UHGV virus genome: UHGV-1383976
Source of the DNA: a virus
DNA: 64,000 nt
Reading direction: 5' to 3' (one strand)
Within the stretch, counting starts at the first letter, position 1, and every line of letters starts with the position of its first letter. Both the position numbers and the translations under genes were made by a program. Shown in pieces: positions 55,943-63,889 of this stretch. The notes beneath the pieces are model-generated. The model did not search any database. It was not told where the DNA came from and saw only the letters and a list, made by a program, of their open reading frames with translations.

Positions 55943-56815
55943 TTACAACGTTTCCATTTTATTCAAGAAGGCTTCAACTGTTCCAAGTTCGCGGAAGGGA
56001 AAATATATAATTCCTATTTCATATTTGCCTTTTGTCCGTTTGTGAATTTCCGCGAAAATTTTGCTTTCAATTTCTGCGTCAGAAAGTGCGGTATGCTCTT
56101 CATCAAAATCAAAATTATTTTCCAAAAAGCGAAAAGATGTTTCTGCACTTGTCTTGAAATATTTCCCGCTTGCCGTTATCCAATCATTATTGACACAAGC
56201 CTGCTTGTATTCATCATTATTGAGTAAGTGCCGCGCCGACAAGCCCCACAAATCAAACAAAGGATAGGCAACGCCATGAAAACGGAAAACTTCGCTTTCA
56301 AATTCTTTGCGGCTTTCGTATCTTCTGCCATTTGCGATATACTCACAAGTGCGCTCTTGCAGGGCAAGCCAAGAATGAAACTGCGCGGAATAAAGATTAT
56401 TTATGTAAAGCTCTGTAAATGGAATTGCTTTCTTGAAGTCAAACATTGAATTATACGCGCCTACGGCGGAAACTTCGGACAAATCGCGCTCAAGAACTGA
56501 TACCGCGCGCTTCCAGTCGGTTAGCTCAATTTCGTCGCGCTCCAGCCGTTCAAGATAAATCGGGCGTTTGCTTGCATAGTATGCGGTATCAAAAACGGCA
56601 GGAACGCTGAAAATCTCACTTATCAGAAAACTGCGGCGGCGATATACATTTCCTTTTGCGTCAATTATCTGCCATCCTAAATCATAAATAAGCGGCTTCG
56701 CAATAGCAACTTTCTGCTTCGCGTCGGCGGGCAGGTCTGCGGCGCATGGTAGTGTAGCAGTTTCACAGTCAAGAATCATGTAGTATTTGCGGCGGCGGTC
56801 GAGTCTCTTTTCCAT
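55943..56815 (-). CDS. DEDD-family 3'-5' exonuclease (DnaQ-like)
   Basis: Exo I YYMILDCETATL. Exo II YNSMFDFKKA. Exo III HTALSDAEIESKIF. Start taken at the ATG at 56815 (MEKRLD) with a leader like the other units. The track start at 56869 is a TTG inside the promoter TTGACT-17-TATAAT. Confidence 0.7.
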   Translation of the reverse strand: MEKRLDRRRKYYMILDCETATLPCAADLPADAKQKVAIAKPLIYDLGWQIIDAKGNVYRRRSFLISEIFSVPAVFDTAYYASKRPIYLERLERDEIELTDWKRAVSVLERDLSEVSAVGAYNSMFDFKKAIPFTELYINNLYSAQFHSWLALQERTCEYIANGRRYESRKEFESEVFRFHGVAYPLFDLWGLSARHLLNNDEYKQACVNNDWITASGKYFKTSAETSFRFLENNFDFDEEHTALSDAEIESKIFAEIHKRTKGKYEIGIIYFPFRELGTVEAFLNKMETL

Positions 56816-56975
56816 TTTTTTCAATTCCTTTTCATATGTTGTCAAGGGTTCGTCTTCGCTCCCTTGCAAGTATTATTATAGCACCACCGCGCAAGAAAGT
56901 CAATCGTTAGTTTTTTCACAAGCCCCAATTTTTAGACTAACTTAGTCTAAAAAATCCATAAAAAAGGGAACTTTT

Positions 56976-57317
56976 TCAAGTCCCCTTTTCGGCCTTTTCG
57001 GCCTTCTTCGCTTCGCGGCGCGCTTCATCCTTGGCAATTTTCTTCGCCTTTTCGGCGGCCTTCTCTTTGGCCTTCTGTGCTTTCTTCTCCTGATTCATGG
57101 CGTACTCTTTACGGCGGCTGTAGCAGTCGTCTCCATCCTCATCCTTCGGAATTTTTATGACTACCTGCACGCTTCCTTCCTCTCCGTCATCAGCGACAAC
57201 GGGGAAGCTGAAAATATTTGTGGCTTCAAGGCCAACATCTTCACCGCTTTCCTGTGCATACTCCATAAAAAACTTTATAAACTTTGCCCGCATTGCATTA
57301 GCATTTTTTACAGTCAT
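56976..57317 (-). CDS. early protein with histone-H1-like Lys/Ala-rich tail (copy B)
   Basis: MTVKNANAMRAKFIKFFMEYAQ...FSFPVVADDGEEG...IKIPKDEDGDDCY, then KKAQKAKEKAAEKAKKIAKDEARREAKKAEKAEK. Paralog of 55061..55426. Confidence 0.6.
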   Translation of the reverse strand: MTVKNANAMRAKFIKFFMEYAQESGEDVGLEATNIFSFPVVADDGEEGSVQVVIKIPKDEDGDDCYSRRKEYAMNQEKKAQKAKEKAAEKAKKIAKDEARREAKKAEKAEKGT

Positions 57318-57448
57318 TTTTCAAGTCTCCTTTTCATTTAGTAATTGTATTATATCAAAAGCCGCGCTAATTGTCAATAGTTTTTTTCTGTAAATTTAGA
57401 CTAAGTTAGTCTAAAAAATATAAAAGCGGGATTCTCCCGCACTTAGGG

Positions 57449-57685
57449 CTAGTTAATTGAAGTATAATTTTCTTCCCAGAAAGTTCCCATATCATTCTGC
57501 TTTAACTCGTTTATAAGATAGTGGATACTATCGTTCGCTTCCTGAAAGTCGCCTTCATACTCTCCATGTTCTTCACTCTTATTATAAAGATTGTCAAGAA
57601 GCTCTGCGGCCTTGTGGAGTGTGTTTATATCTTCATCTGAAAGAAAATAGCGTTTAGTAGAGTAAGTCTTGATAATCATTTTCAA
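57449..57685 (-). CDS. early small acidic protein (copy B), 78 aa
   Basis: MKMIIKTYSTKRYFLSDEDINTLHKAAELLDNLYNKSEEHGEYEGDFQEA. Paralog of 55547..55792. Promoter TTGACT-18-TATACT. Confidence 0.55.
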   Translation of the reverse strand: MKMIIKTYSTKRYFLSDEDINTLHKAAELLDNLYNKSEEHGEYEGDFQEANDSIHYLINELKQNDMGTFWEENYTSIN

Positions 57686-57807
57686 AATCCTCTTTTCTTA
57701 TTTTGTAAGTAAAGTATAGCACAATTTTTTTAAAAAGTCAAGTTTCTTTTGCTTGTGGATTTAGACTAACTTAGTCTAAACGCATATAAAAAGACTGACG
57801 TTTTCTG

Positions 57808-58035
57808 TCAGTCAATTTCAAATACTCCGTCAATGGGAATTACTTCATGAAGTTCATTGAATGTTGTAATATCTCCATCACAAAGGCGAACTGCGTTCCA
57901 TTCATTATAGTCGCTATCTTCAATAGAACTTATTTTCATATAGATACTATCTATTTCATCAGAAAGAGCGAAGCAATCTCCGCGATTAATCATTCTATAT
58001 TCTACGGACTTATTGAACTTTCTACGAATTTCCAT
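57808..58035 (-). CDS. early small protein (75 aa)
   Basis: ATG at 58035 (MEIRRKF) after aaaggggaaataaaaATG. Promoter TTGACA-17-TATTAT. Terminator gactgacagaaaacgtcagtc plus T5. Confidence 0.5.
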   Translation of the reverse strand: MEIRRKFNKSVEYRMINRGDCFALSDEIDSIYMKISSIEDSDYNEWNAVRLCDGDITTFNELHEVIPIDGVFEID

Positions 58036-58153
58036 TTTTATTTCCCCTTTCGTTTTGTAAATATATAATACCATATGCCGCACGATTTGTCAACAAGTAA
58101 TTCAATCTGTTTTAGACTACAGTAGTCTAACATTAAAAAGACGCCTTATGGCG

Positions 58154-58468
58154 TCATCGCATTATTTGTTCAAAAGATTCAGTATGCCCACATTCATTAC
58201 AAGTGTAATAATATGTTGTACTCATTGCTGACTTTGCCGCGGCTGTAAATTCATAAGTGCCGCCACATTCACAAATCCCTTCGTTCCATCGTTCTGCTTG
58301 TCCCTCGTTTTGATGACAAAGTGCAAGAGAGATTCCAAGAGCAAGCGCAAGAGCAAGAATTATACTAAGAATTTTCCCTATAATAGTATTACAATTTAAA
58401 ACCATAATTGGGGCAATACAAATAAAGAGAAGCCCCCAAAGAATATAAAAGTAGATACTTTGAAACAT
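58154..58468 (-). CDS. early membrane protein with two transmembrane helices and a C-terminal zinc ribbon
   Basis: FYILWGLLFICIAPIMVL and ILSIILALALALGISLAL. CECGG...CNECGH. Promoter TTGACA-17-TATAAT. Confidence 0.55.
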   Translation of the reverse strand: MFQSIYFYILWGLLFICIAPIMVLNCNTIIGKILSIILALALALGISLALCHQNEGQAERWNEGICECGGTYEFTAAAKSAMSTTYYYTCNECGHTESFEQIMR

Positions 58469-58575
58469 TGAATCAATTCCTTTCTTAATTTTGTAATTGG
58501 ATTATAACATAAAATTGCGCGCTTGTCAATCCCCCCCTTTAGACTACATTAGTCTAAAAAGAAAAAGAGGAAGTT

Positions 58576-58779
58576 TTATTCTTCCTCGTCAAAAATACAT
58601 TCAGCAATAATTTGATGGTAATACCTCATTTTGGATTGCCAAGTGAAATATAAATCACTAATGCGTTGAAGCTCTTTACTATCTTCTTCATCTAAAATAT
58701 TTTTTCGTGCGCGGTGTAAATCAGCCGAAAGAGAAAGCAAATCATCTGCAATTTTTTCTATGCGTTCAGAATATTTCAT
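58576..58779 (-). CDS. early small protein (67 aa)
   Basis: Leader aagaaaaggaagtattaaaataATG. Promoter -10 TATACT. Terminator gaggaagaataaaacttcctc plus a T-run. Confidence 0.5.
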   Translation of the reverse strand: MKYSERIEKIADDLLSLSADLHRARKNILDEEDSKELQRISDLYFTWQSKMRYYHQIIAECIFDEEE

Positions 58780-58885
58780 TATTTTAATACTTCCTTTTCT
58801 TATTGTGCCTAAAGTATATCATAAATCAAAAAAAATGTCAAGTCTTATTTTAGACTAACTTAGTCTAAAACCCGAAACGGAAAAG

Positions 58886-59353
58886 TCAATTTGACTTTCC
58901 CAAAATTTTCAGAATTTCTAACATTTCCTTTTCACTGAATGAATTTTCTCCCCATTCTTCACGATTGCGCGCTTCATCATCGAAAAGAATTGCATTTTCG
59001 TCATAGAATGAACATACAGTTGACTTCGGTGTTCCATAAGGAACAACACAAATTTCATCAAAGTGAACACTTTTCAAATGGACAGAAAGCCATTTCTTTT
59101 TTGCCGTCTCAATTTCTGCAAGGTATGCCGCGCTTGCTGTCTTGCTTCCCCAAGAAACAATACAAAGTTTATATCCCATCTTCTTCAATTTGTTCAACTG
59201 TCGCGCGAGTATGCGCATATTGCCGAGTGGGTCTGCGTGCAGATAAGGGCCGACTAATTTCATTTGCAAATTGTCAAGCCAATTAGGGAACGAATAAAAA
59301 TCAACTATTGTACCATCCATATCGAAATAAAGTGCAGGCTTGCGATTATACAT
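58886..59353 (-). CDS. HAD-superfamily phosphatase (5'-nucleotidase-like)
   Basis: LYFDMDGTIVDF is HAD motif I (DxDGT). 155 aa. Promoter TTGACA-17-TATACT. Confidence 0.6.
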   Translation of the reverse strand: MYNRKPALYFDMDGTIVDFYSFPNWLDNLQMKLVGPYLHADPLGNMRILARQLNKLKKMGYKLCIVSWGSKTASAAYLAEIETAKKKWLSVHLKSVHFDEICVVPYGTPKSTVCSFYDENAILFDDEARNREEWGENSFSEKEMLEILKILGKSN

Positions 59354-59512
59354 AAAACATAATTTCCTTTCTTATTTTGTAAAATAAGTATAACATAATT
59401 ATGCGGTTTTGTCAAGTTGCTTTTGCTTGTGATTTTAGACTATCTTAGTCTAAATTTATTCAAAAAAAATGGGCGGATTCCCCGCCCGATTTTCATTTTT
59501 ATTTTTCCTTTC

Positions 59513-59785
59513 TTAAATTTCTACAGAAACTTTTTCATATCCATCGGCGTCGAAATCATCCCATGCGACGTCTTCCATTTCTTTCATAAAGTCAGCGCGA
59601 ACGCCTTTCTTTTCGTCTTCACTCATGTAAAACAAGCAAAGATGAGAATAATTTTCAAAAAGCCAATCGCTAAAATTATCGTCGCTTACCGTGTTAGGGT
59701 AGTATTCATTTTCTATGGTTTCTTGCGCTTGCTTTTCATTGAGAATTATACCTTTCTCCCAATTCACATAAAGATTAGCTAACAT
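59513..59785 (-). CDS. early small acidic protein (90 aa)
   Basis: Uninterrupted ORF with the usual promoter and leader arrangement. Confidence 0.5.
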   Translation of the reverse strand: MLANLYVNWEKGIILNEKQAQETIENEYYPNTVSDDNFSDWLFENYSHLCLFYMSEDEKKGVRADFMKEMEDVAWDDFDADGYEKVSVEI

Positions 59786-59984
59786 TTTATCAATTCCTTT
59801 CTTGTTTTCTGTGTCTATTATACTATATGATTTTTAGTTTGTCAATAAGTTTTTCTTTCTGTTTTAGACTAAAGTAGTCTAATTTTATAAAAAATCTAAA
59901 AGGCGGGAGTCCGTCCTTTAGTTTTAAGTTTATTAAAATTTCTTAAATTCTTTTTAGCAAATGCCAAGAACCAATACGGAAAAC

Positions 59985-60089
59985 TACGCGATAAATGCGG
60001 CGTCCAATGCGAACCCATTCGTTTCTTCGGAATTTATTGTTTAATGCTCCACCGAAATCCCAACCGCAGTAACCGAAAATTTCATTCAT
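59985..60089 (-). CDS. tiny basic ORF (34 aa) in its own promoter, palindrome and terminator unit; could instead be a small RNA unit
   Basis: Promoter TTGACA-17-TATAAT, then gtaatcaagaaaaggaagtgaacgcaATG. MNEIFGYCGWDFGGALNNKFRRNEWVRIGRAFIA. Confidence 0.3.
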
Positions 60090-60203
60090 TGCGTTCACTT
60101 CCTTTTCTTGATTACATTATATCACATTTTTAGAGAATGTCAATAATTATTTTTTGATATATTAGACTAACTTAGTCTAAATTTTTAAAAAAGGGAAGAT
60201 TTT

Positions 60204-60509
60204 TTAATCTCCCCTTTTATCATAACGGAGCACAAGTTCAAAATCATCATAACTGTCTATATAGTGTGCAGTTTGTGGTTCAATTCCAAAGTCCTCGCAT
60301 ACATCCACGGCGGGGGTATCTTCAAAATAATAACAGGTGTCGTGGAAGCTGCTAGTTATATCAATAACAGGAAGTTTATTATTCTCGCCAACTTGACTAC
60401 CAACAATAAGAAATTTCGGCTCACCTGTTTCATTGCTTCCATGAATTGCATAAAGATTTTTTATTCCAGTCCGTCCATTTATTACTTTATTAACTTCAAA
60501 TCTAACCAT
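60204..60509 (-). CDS. early small protein (101 aa)
   Basis: ATG at 60509 (MVRFEV) after aaaaggagatttgaaaATG. Promoter TTGACA-17-TATTAT. Confidence 0.5.
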   Translation of the reverse strand: MVRFEVNKVINGRTGIKNLYAIHGSNETGEPKFLIVGSQVGENNKLPVIDITSSFHDTCYYFEDTPAVDVCEDFGIEPQTAHYIDSYDDFELVLRYDKRGD

Positions 60510-60653
60510 TTTCAAATCTCCTTTTCGTTTTGTGAGTATATAATATCATATATTGTATAGTTTGTCAATAGAATTTTCAGAAATTTTTAGACTAACTTAG
60601 TCTAACTTTCCCCCTAAAAAAAGAAATGGGATTATCTCCCATTTCTCTTCGGT

Positions 60654-61025
60654 TTACTTCTCAACGAAATAAACCTTGCGCTTGCCCACCTTCGGGAACT
60701 TGCGCTCTTCCACGCTGATAAGGCCGTCCTTCACAAGTCCACGCGCAATCGCGCCCGCCTTGTTGTGCGTGACTTCAAGAGCTTCGCCGAGTTCGGTTTC
60801 CGTCAGACCGTCACAGCCATCAGCCGACAGTGCTTCGATAATGCCCGCGCGGATAGGCGCGTTCTCAGTTGCGGACTTCTCGGCGGCCTTGCTCTTGCGC
60901 GTATCGTTCCGGCGGTCGAGACTTGCGAGAGCTTCCACGCAATATGCGTTCAGCTCGTCAGTCAGGTCGTACTTCTCCATCATGGTGGTGTAGAATTCGC
61001 GTGCAGTCATCTTCTTGTCGTTCAT
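60654..61025 (-). CDS. GC-rich gene for a winged-helix-like protein (paralog of 50645..51019) with a long structured GC-rich leader
   Basis: LTETELGEALEVTHNKAGAIARGLVKDGLISVEERKFPKVGKRKVYF shows an HTH plus wing pattern. Promoter TTGACT-17-TATAAT, then a leader of about 95 nt with hairpins gtgaaggggag...gtccctcac and ggcggcgacc...gcgcc. Confidence 0.55.
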   Translation of the reverse strand: MNDKKMTAREFYTTMMEKYDLTDELNAYCVEALASLDRRNDTRKSKAAEKSATENAPIRAGIIEALSADGCDGLTETELGEALEVTHNKAGAIARGLVKDGLISVEERKFPKVGKRKVYFVEK

Positions 61026-61195
61026 GGTATTTCCTTTCTTAATGGCGCTAAGGTCGCCGCCCTTATTAGTGAGGGACTTTATCTCCCCTTCACGATTATT
61101 ATTATATCACAATATCGCGGAAAGTCAACAATTATTTTTCTGGGATTTAGACTAACTTAGTCTAAATTTTATACAAAAAAGAGCGGGTTCCCCGC

Positions 61196-61417
61196 TCATT
61201 CTTCGATTATAAGTTTATGTTTTACTTCGCAACATATTTCATTGTTATCGACAAAAAACAGTTCTCCATTGTCAAGATACATAGCATTGCCTTCATCTGT
61301 TGTATCAGTTTTTATGAAAAATTCATTAGGATCGATTTTCTTTACAAGAACAGTCCCGCGCGGAAAGTAGTCAAATGTTTTATTCTTCTTTTCATTGCGC
61401 AAATCTTCAATTATCAT
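61196..61417 (-). CDS. early small protein (73 aa)
   Basis: ATG at 61417 (MIIEDL) after gaaggagaataaaaaaATG. Promoter TTGACA-17-TATTAT. Confidence 0.5.
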   Translation of the reverse strand: MIIEDLRNEKKNKTFDYFPRGTVLVKKIDPNEFFIKTDTTDEGNAMYLDNGELFFVDNNEICCEVKHKLIIEE

Positions 61418-61556
61418 TTTTTTATTCTCCTTCAAAAATTTATTTATTTTTTACTGTGCTTATATAATATCATATATAATGTAATTTGTCAATAAAATTT
61501 TCAGAAATTTTTAGACTAACTTAGTCTAAAATTCCAGAAAAACCAAAAGGTGGAAA

Positions 61557-61946
61557 TTACTTTCCACCAATTGGGCACACGGTTAAGCCGTGTTCTTTAA
61601 GGTATTGAATTGCTTTTTCTCCGTCATGGTATTCAAGAATTTGTTGAATTGATGGATGTGCTTCATCATATTCATTAACTACTACAATATCAATTTCGGG
61701 ATTTTTCTTTTCTGTTGCAATAGGAAGAAGGCTATCATAATAGCCAAAACGTCGAAGACCTTTTCTATTAGTTTCTACCGCAACATCGTTTGTCAAACAG
61801 TTATGATGTGCCCATTCGAGCAAATCCCAACTACCGTATTTTATAGATTCTTCTGGAATTTCATCGGCAAGTTGGAAATTCGTGCGGCGATTGCACAAAA
61901 TTTCTTTATTGTAAAAGATAGTTATAAACCGGTAGAACGCTTTCAT
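61557..61946 (-). CDS. early protein (129 aa), translationally coupled to the upstream membrane peptide
   Basis: ATGA overlap at 61943-61946. Begins MKAFYRFITIFYNKEILCNRR. Confidence 0.5.
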   Translation of the reverse strand: MKAFYRFITIFYNKEILCNRRTNFQLADEIPEESIKYGSWDLLEWAHHNCLTNDVAVETNRKGLRRFGYYDSLLPIATEKKNPEIDIVVVNEYDEAHPSIQQILEYHDGEKAIQYLKEHGLTVCPIGGK

Positions 61947-62164
61947 TTCGTTGCTTCCTTTCCAATGCCAAATATAAGCTTTACAAGCCACAAAACAAGC
62001 CACATCAAAAATGCGGTTTTGGCGCTGAAGGCGAACGCGATAACGCCCAGCTTAGTGAGCGCCCACCACAGCACCCAAATAAGCCCCAAGGTGATACCTG
62101 CGCTAATTGCAGACAAAAGCGTAACAATGAGAATTCCAAGAATTACAGCAATCGTTTTATTCAT
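61943..62164 (-). CDS. early small membrane protein (73 aa, 2 transmembrane segments)
   Basis: MNKTIAVILGILIVTLLSAISAGITLGLIWVLWWALTKLGVIAFAFSAKTAFLMWLVLWLVKLIFGIG. Promoter TTGACA-17-TATACT. Confidence 0.55.
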   Translation of the reverse strand: MNKTIAVILGILIVTLLSAISAGITLGLIWVLWWALTKLGVIAFAFSAKTAFLMWLVLWLVKLIFGIGKEATK

Positions 62165-62279
62165 TTTATTAATTCCTTTCCGGTTTTGTGAGTCAAGTAT
62201 AACACATAAATTTTGGTTTGTCAATAGATTTTGGAAGAAAGGTTAGACTAAGGTAGTCTAAATTTTGAGCGGGAACTTT

Positions 62280-62591
62280 TCAGTTCCCTTTGTTCCAATC
62301 TTCAGAAATGCGATCAAAGACTTCTTCAGACGTAAGCCAACCCTCAACAGAATCGCCATTGCGAGTCAGGCCCATTATTTCGAGAAGCCCTTCTTCATGC
62401 CCATAACTGCCGCTATGGCAAACTGCGTCACAAATCAATTCATCTCCGTGGCCGTAATACCGCACAGAGGGCATCCCCCAAATATATTCTATTCGATAGG
62501 GAATTTTTGCCTCTTGCAGAAACCACTCAAGCTTGCCCATTTCAATATATTCTATTTCAATTCCATACGAGTCCTTCTTTATTAATTCCAT
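62280..62591 (-). CDS. early small protein (103 aa)
   Basis: ATG at 62591 (MELIKK) after aagaaaaggagattttcaaaaATG. Promoter TTGATT-17-TATTAT. Confidence 0.5.
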   Translation of the reverse strand: MELIKKDSYGIEIEYIEMGKLEWFLQEAKIPYRIEYIWGMPSVRYYGHGDELICDAVCHSGSYGHEEGLLEIMGLTRNGDSVEGWLTSEEVFDRISEDWNKGN

Positions 62592-62719
62592 TTTTGAAAA
62601 TCTCCTTTTCTTATTGTATTTATATAATATCACAAAATTTTTCGTAAATCAACCCACAAAAATTTCCAATTTAGACTAAGATAGTCTAAAAACTCTGAAA
62701 AAGTTTGAGCTTCATCGGC

Positions 62720-62899
62720 TCAAACAAATTCTGCAAAAGAGCGTTCCACAGCTCCTGCATCTTCACGGCAGCACTCAATCCTTATCAGGTTATCGCCTAG
62801 GTGCTCTACAAAGCAGGGGATGTTAGCTTCCAGCAGATTCATTGCTCGAATAAATTCGGGCGCGTTCGCATCTTCAACATAAATTTCCTTTATATACAT
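62720..62899 (-). CDS. early small protein (59 aa), not in the ORF track
   Basis: Promoter TTGACA-17-TATAAT. Leader gagagaaaggaattgattaccaaATG. MYIKEIYVEDANAPEFIRAMNLLEANIPCFVEHLGDNLIRIECCREDAGAVERSFAEFV. Terminator tttgagccgatgaagctcaaa plus T5. Confidence 0.45.
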   Translation of the reverse strand: MYIKEIYVEDANAPEFIRAMNLLEANIPCFVEHLGDNLIRIECCREDAGAVERSFAEFV

Positions 62900-63042
62900 T
62901 TGGTAATCAATTCCTTTCTCTCAATTTCTGTATTCATTATATCACAAATTTTCTATAATGTCAAATCCATTTTCTTTCCAATTTAGACTATGATAGTCTA
63001 AAACAAAATTTTTGTAAAAAAATGAGCGGGAGTCAATCCCGC

Positions 63043-63324
63043 TCAATTCCAGCCGCGCATTTTCCAGCACAGAGCATTGCCCGGCTGCCCGTAGCAGATG
63101 TTCGGATGCAGGATAACCTCGCCTTCGAGGATTCCGAGCTTTTCGTAGAATTCCTCAATCAGCACATCGGTAGCCTCAATGCGCGCCTGCTCCAGCGTGT
63201 CGGCTGATGGAGCTTCCAGCTCTCCCCAGCTAATAAGGATACTATTCACAATCGGCGGCAGGCGGTGAGCGTTCGCGGCAACGTAGGCGCAGAGTTCGTT
63301 GTAGTTTATGGCGGTAGTAGTCAT
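63043..63324 (-). CDS. early small protein (93 aa), relatively GC-rich
   Basis: Promoter TTGACC-17-TAGAAT. Leader gaaaaggggattttccaATG. Terminator gagcgggattgactcccgctc plus T7. Confidence 0.5.
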   Translation of the reverse strand: MTTTAINYNELCAYVAANAHRLPPIVNSILISWGELEAPSADTLEQARIEATDVLIEEFYEKLGILEGEVILHPNICYGQPGNALCWKMRGWN

Positions 63325-63468
63325 TGGAAAATCCCCTTTTCAAGTATGCCTAATTCTACCACACATTTGCGGAAAGGTCAATGGCAGAAAATTTCCAATT
63401 TAGACTATCATAGTCTAAATCGCTAGTTTGTGAAATAACTAACGAACTTTTCCAAGAAAAAGGAACGG

Positions 63469-63801
63469 TCAAATGACCGCTCCGATTTTCCCCATTTTCT
63501 GCCATTTTGTAATTGTTTTCCAGTTTTCTGACGCTTGCCGCACAAGCGATAAAGGCGCGTTTTTGTCGTGCGCGCTGTATATGTCATTGATTTGTTTGAC
63601 TGTCGCAGGATAGAACGTTATCAAAATACCGCGTTTCCCGCGCACAAACACTATTGCGCGGTCGGTAATGTCAACAGTTGCGCGGCGTTCGCTGTCATAG
63701 AATGATTCATACGTCTGCCCGATACCAAGTTCAGATATGAGAAGCGCGCGGTCGGCACGCTCTGAACTAACGTGCCGACTTGCGCGCCGTGCTTTATACA
63801 T
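63469..63801 (-). CDS. early protein (110 aa), GC-rich, coupled to the upstream membrane peptide
   Basis: Its ATG overlaps the TAA of the upstream 31-aa ORF. Terminator ggagcggtcatttgaccgttcc plus T5. Confidence 0.5.
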   Translation of the reverse strand: MYKARRASRHVSSERADRALLISELGIGQTYESFYDSERRATVDITDRAIVFVRGKRGILITFYPATVKQINDIYSAHDKNAPLSLVRQASENWKTITKWQKMGKIGAVI

Positions 63802-63889
63802 TGTGCGTTTGGTCGTAGAGCATACCGCCTATTAAGCCGACAGCTCCAAGGAAGGCAAGGATAGCGAAACCAAGTGTAAAGTACATCAT
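63794..63889 (-). CDS. 31-aa single-transmembrane peptide, not in the ORF track
   Basis: Strong SD gaaggaggg then ATGATG. MMYFTLGFAILAFLGAVGLIGGMLYDQTHNV. ATGA overlap with the stop of the upstream partial gene. Confidence 0.4.
   Translation of the reverse strand: MMYFTLGFAILAFLGAVGLIGGMLYDQTHNV

Larger units (their letters stand above)
54705..63419. promoter_or_regulatory. array of 20 perfect palindromes TTTAGACTA-N3-TAGTCTAAA, one between every terminator and promoter of the minus-strand early module
   Basis: Copies start at 54705, 55020, 55511, 55872, 56931, 57395, 57770, 58111, 58538, 58849, 59434, 59863, 60162, 60586, 61146, 61510, 62243, 62670, 62983 and 63399. Centre triplets vary: cgt, aca, ccg, agt, act, cag, cat, tct, aag, agg, aga, tga, tca. 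Each lies 8-28 bp upstream of a TTGACW -35 box. Confidence 0.8.

Noticed and set aside
61656-62246. Plus-strand 196-aa ORF
   Set aside because: It is antisense to two well-supported minus-strand early genes and their promoter. There is no RBS, and the composition is hydrophobic low-complexity.
54705-63419. CRISPR array hypothesis for the 20 regularly recurring palindromes
   Set aside because: The repeats are 21-bp perfect palindromes. They are separated by 300-1100 bp, and the intervening segments hold complete genes with their own promoters and terminators. That is not CRISPR architecture of 24-48 bp repeats with 26-72 bp spacers. No cas genes are present.
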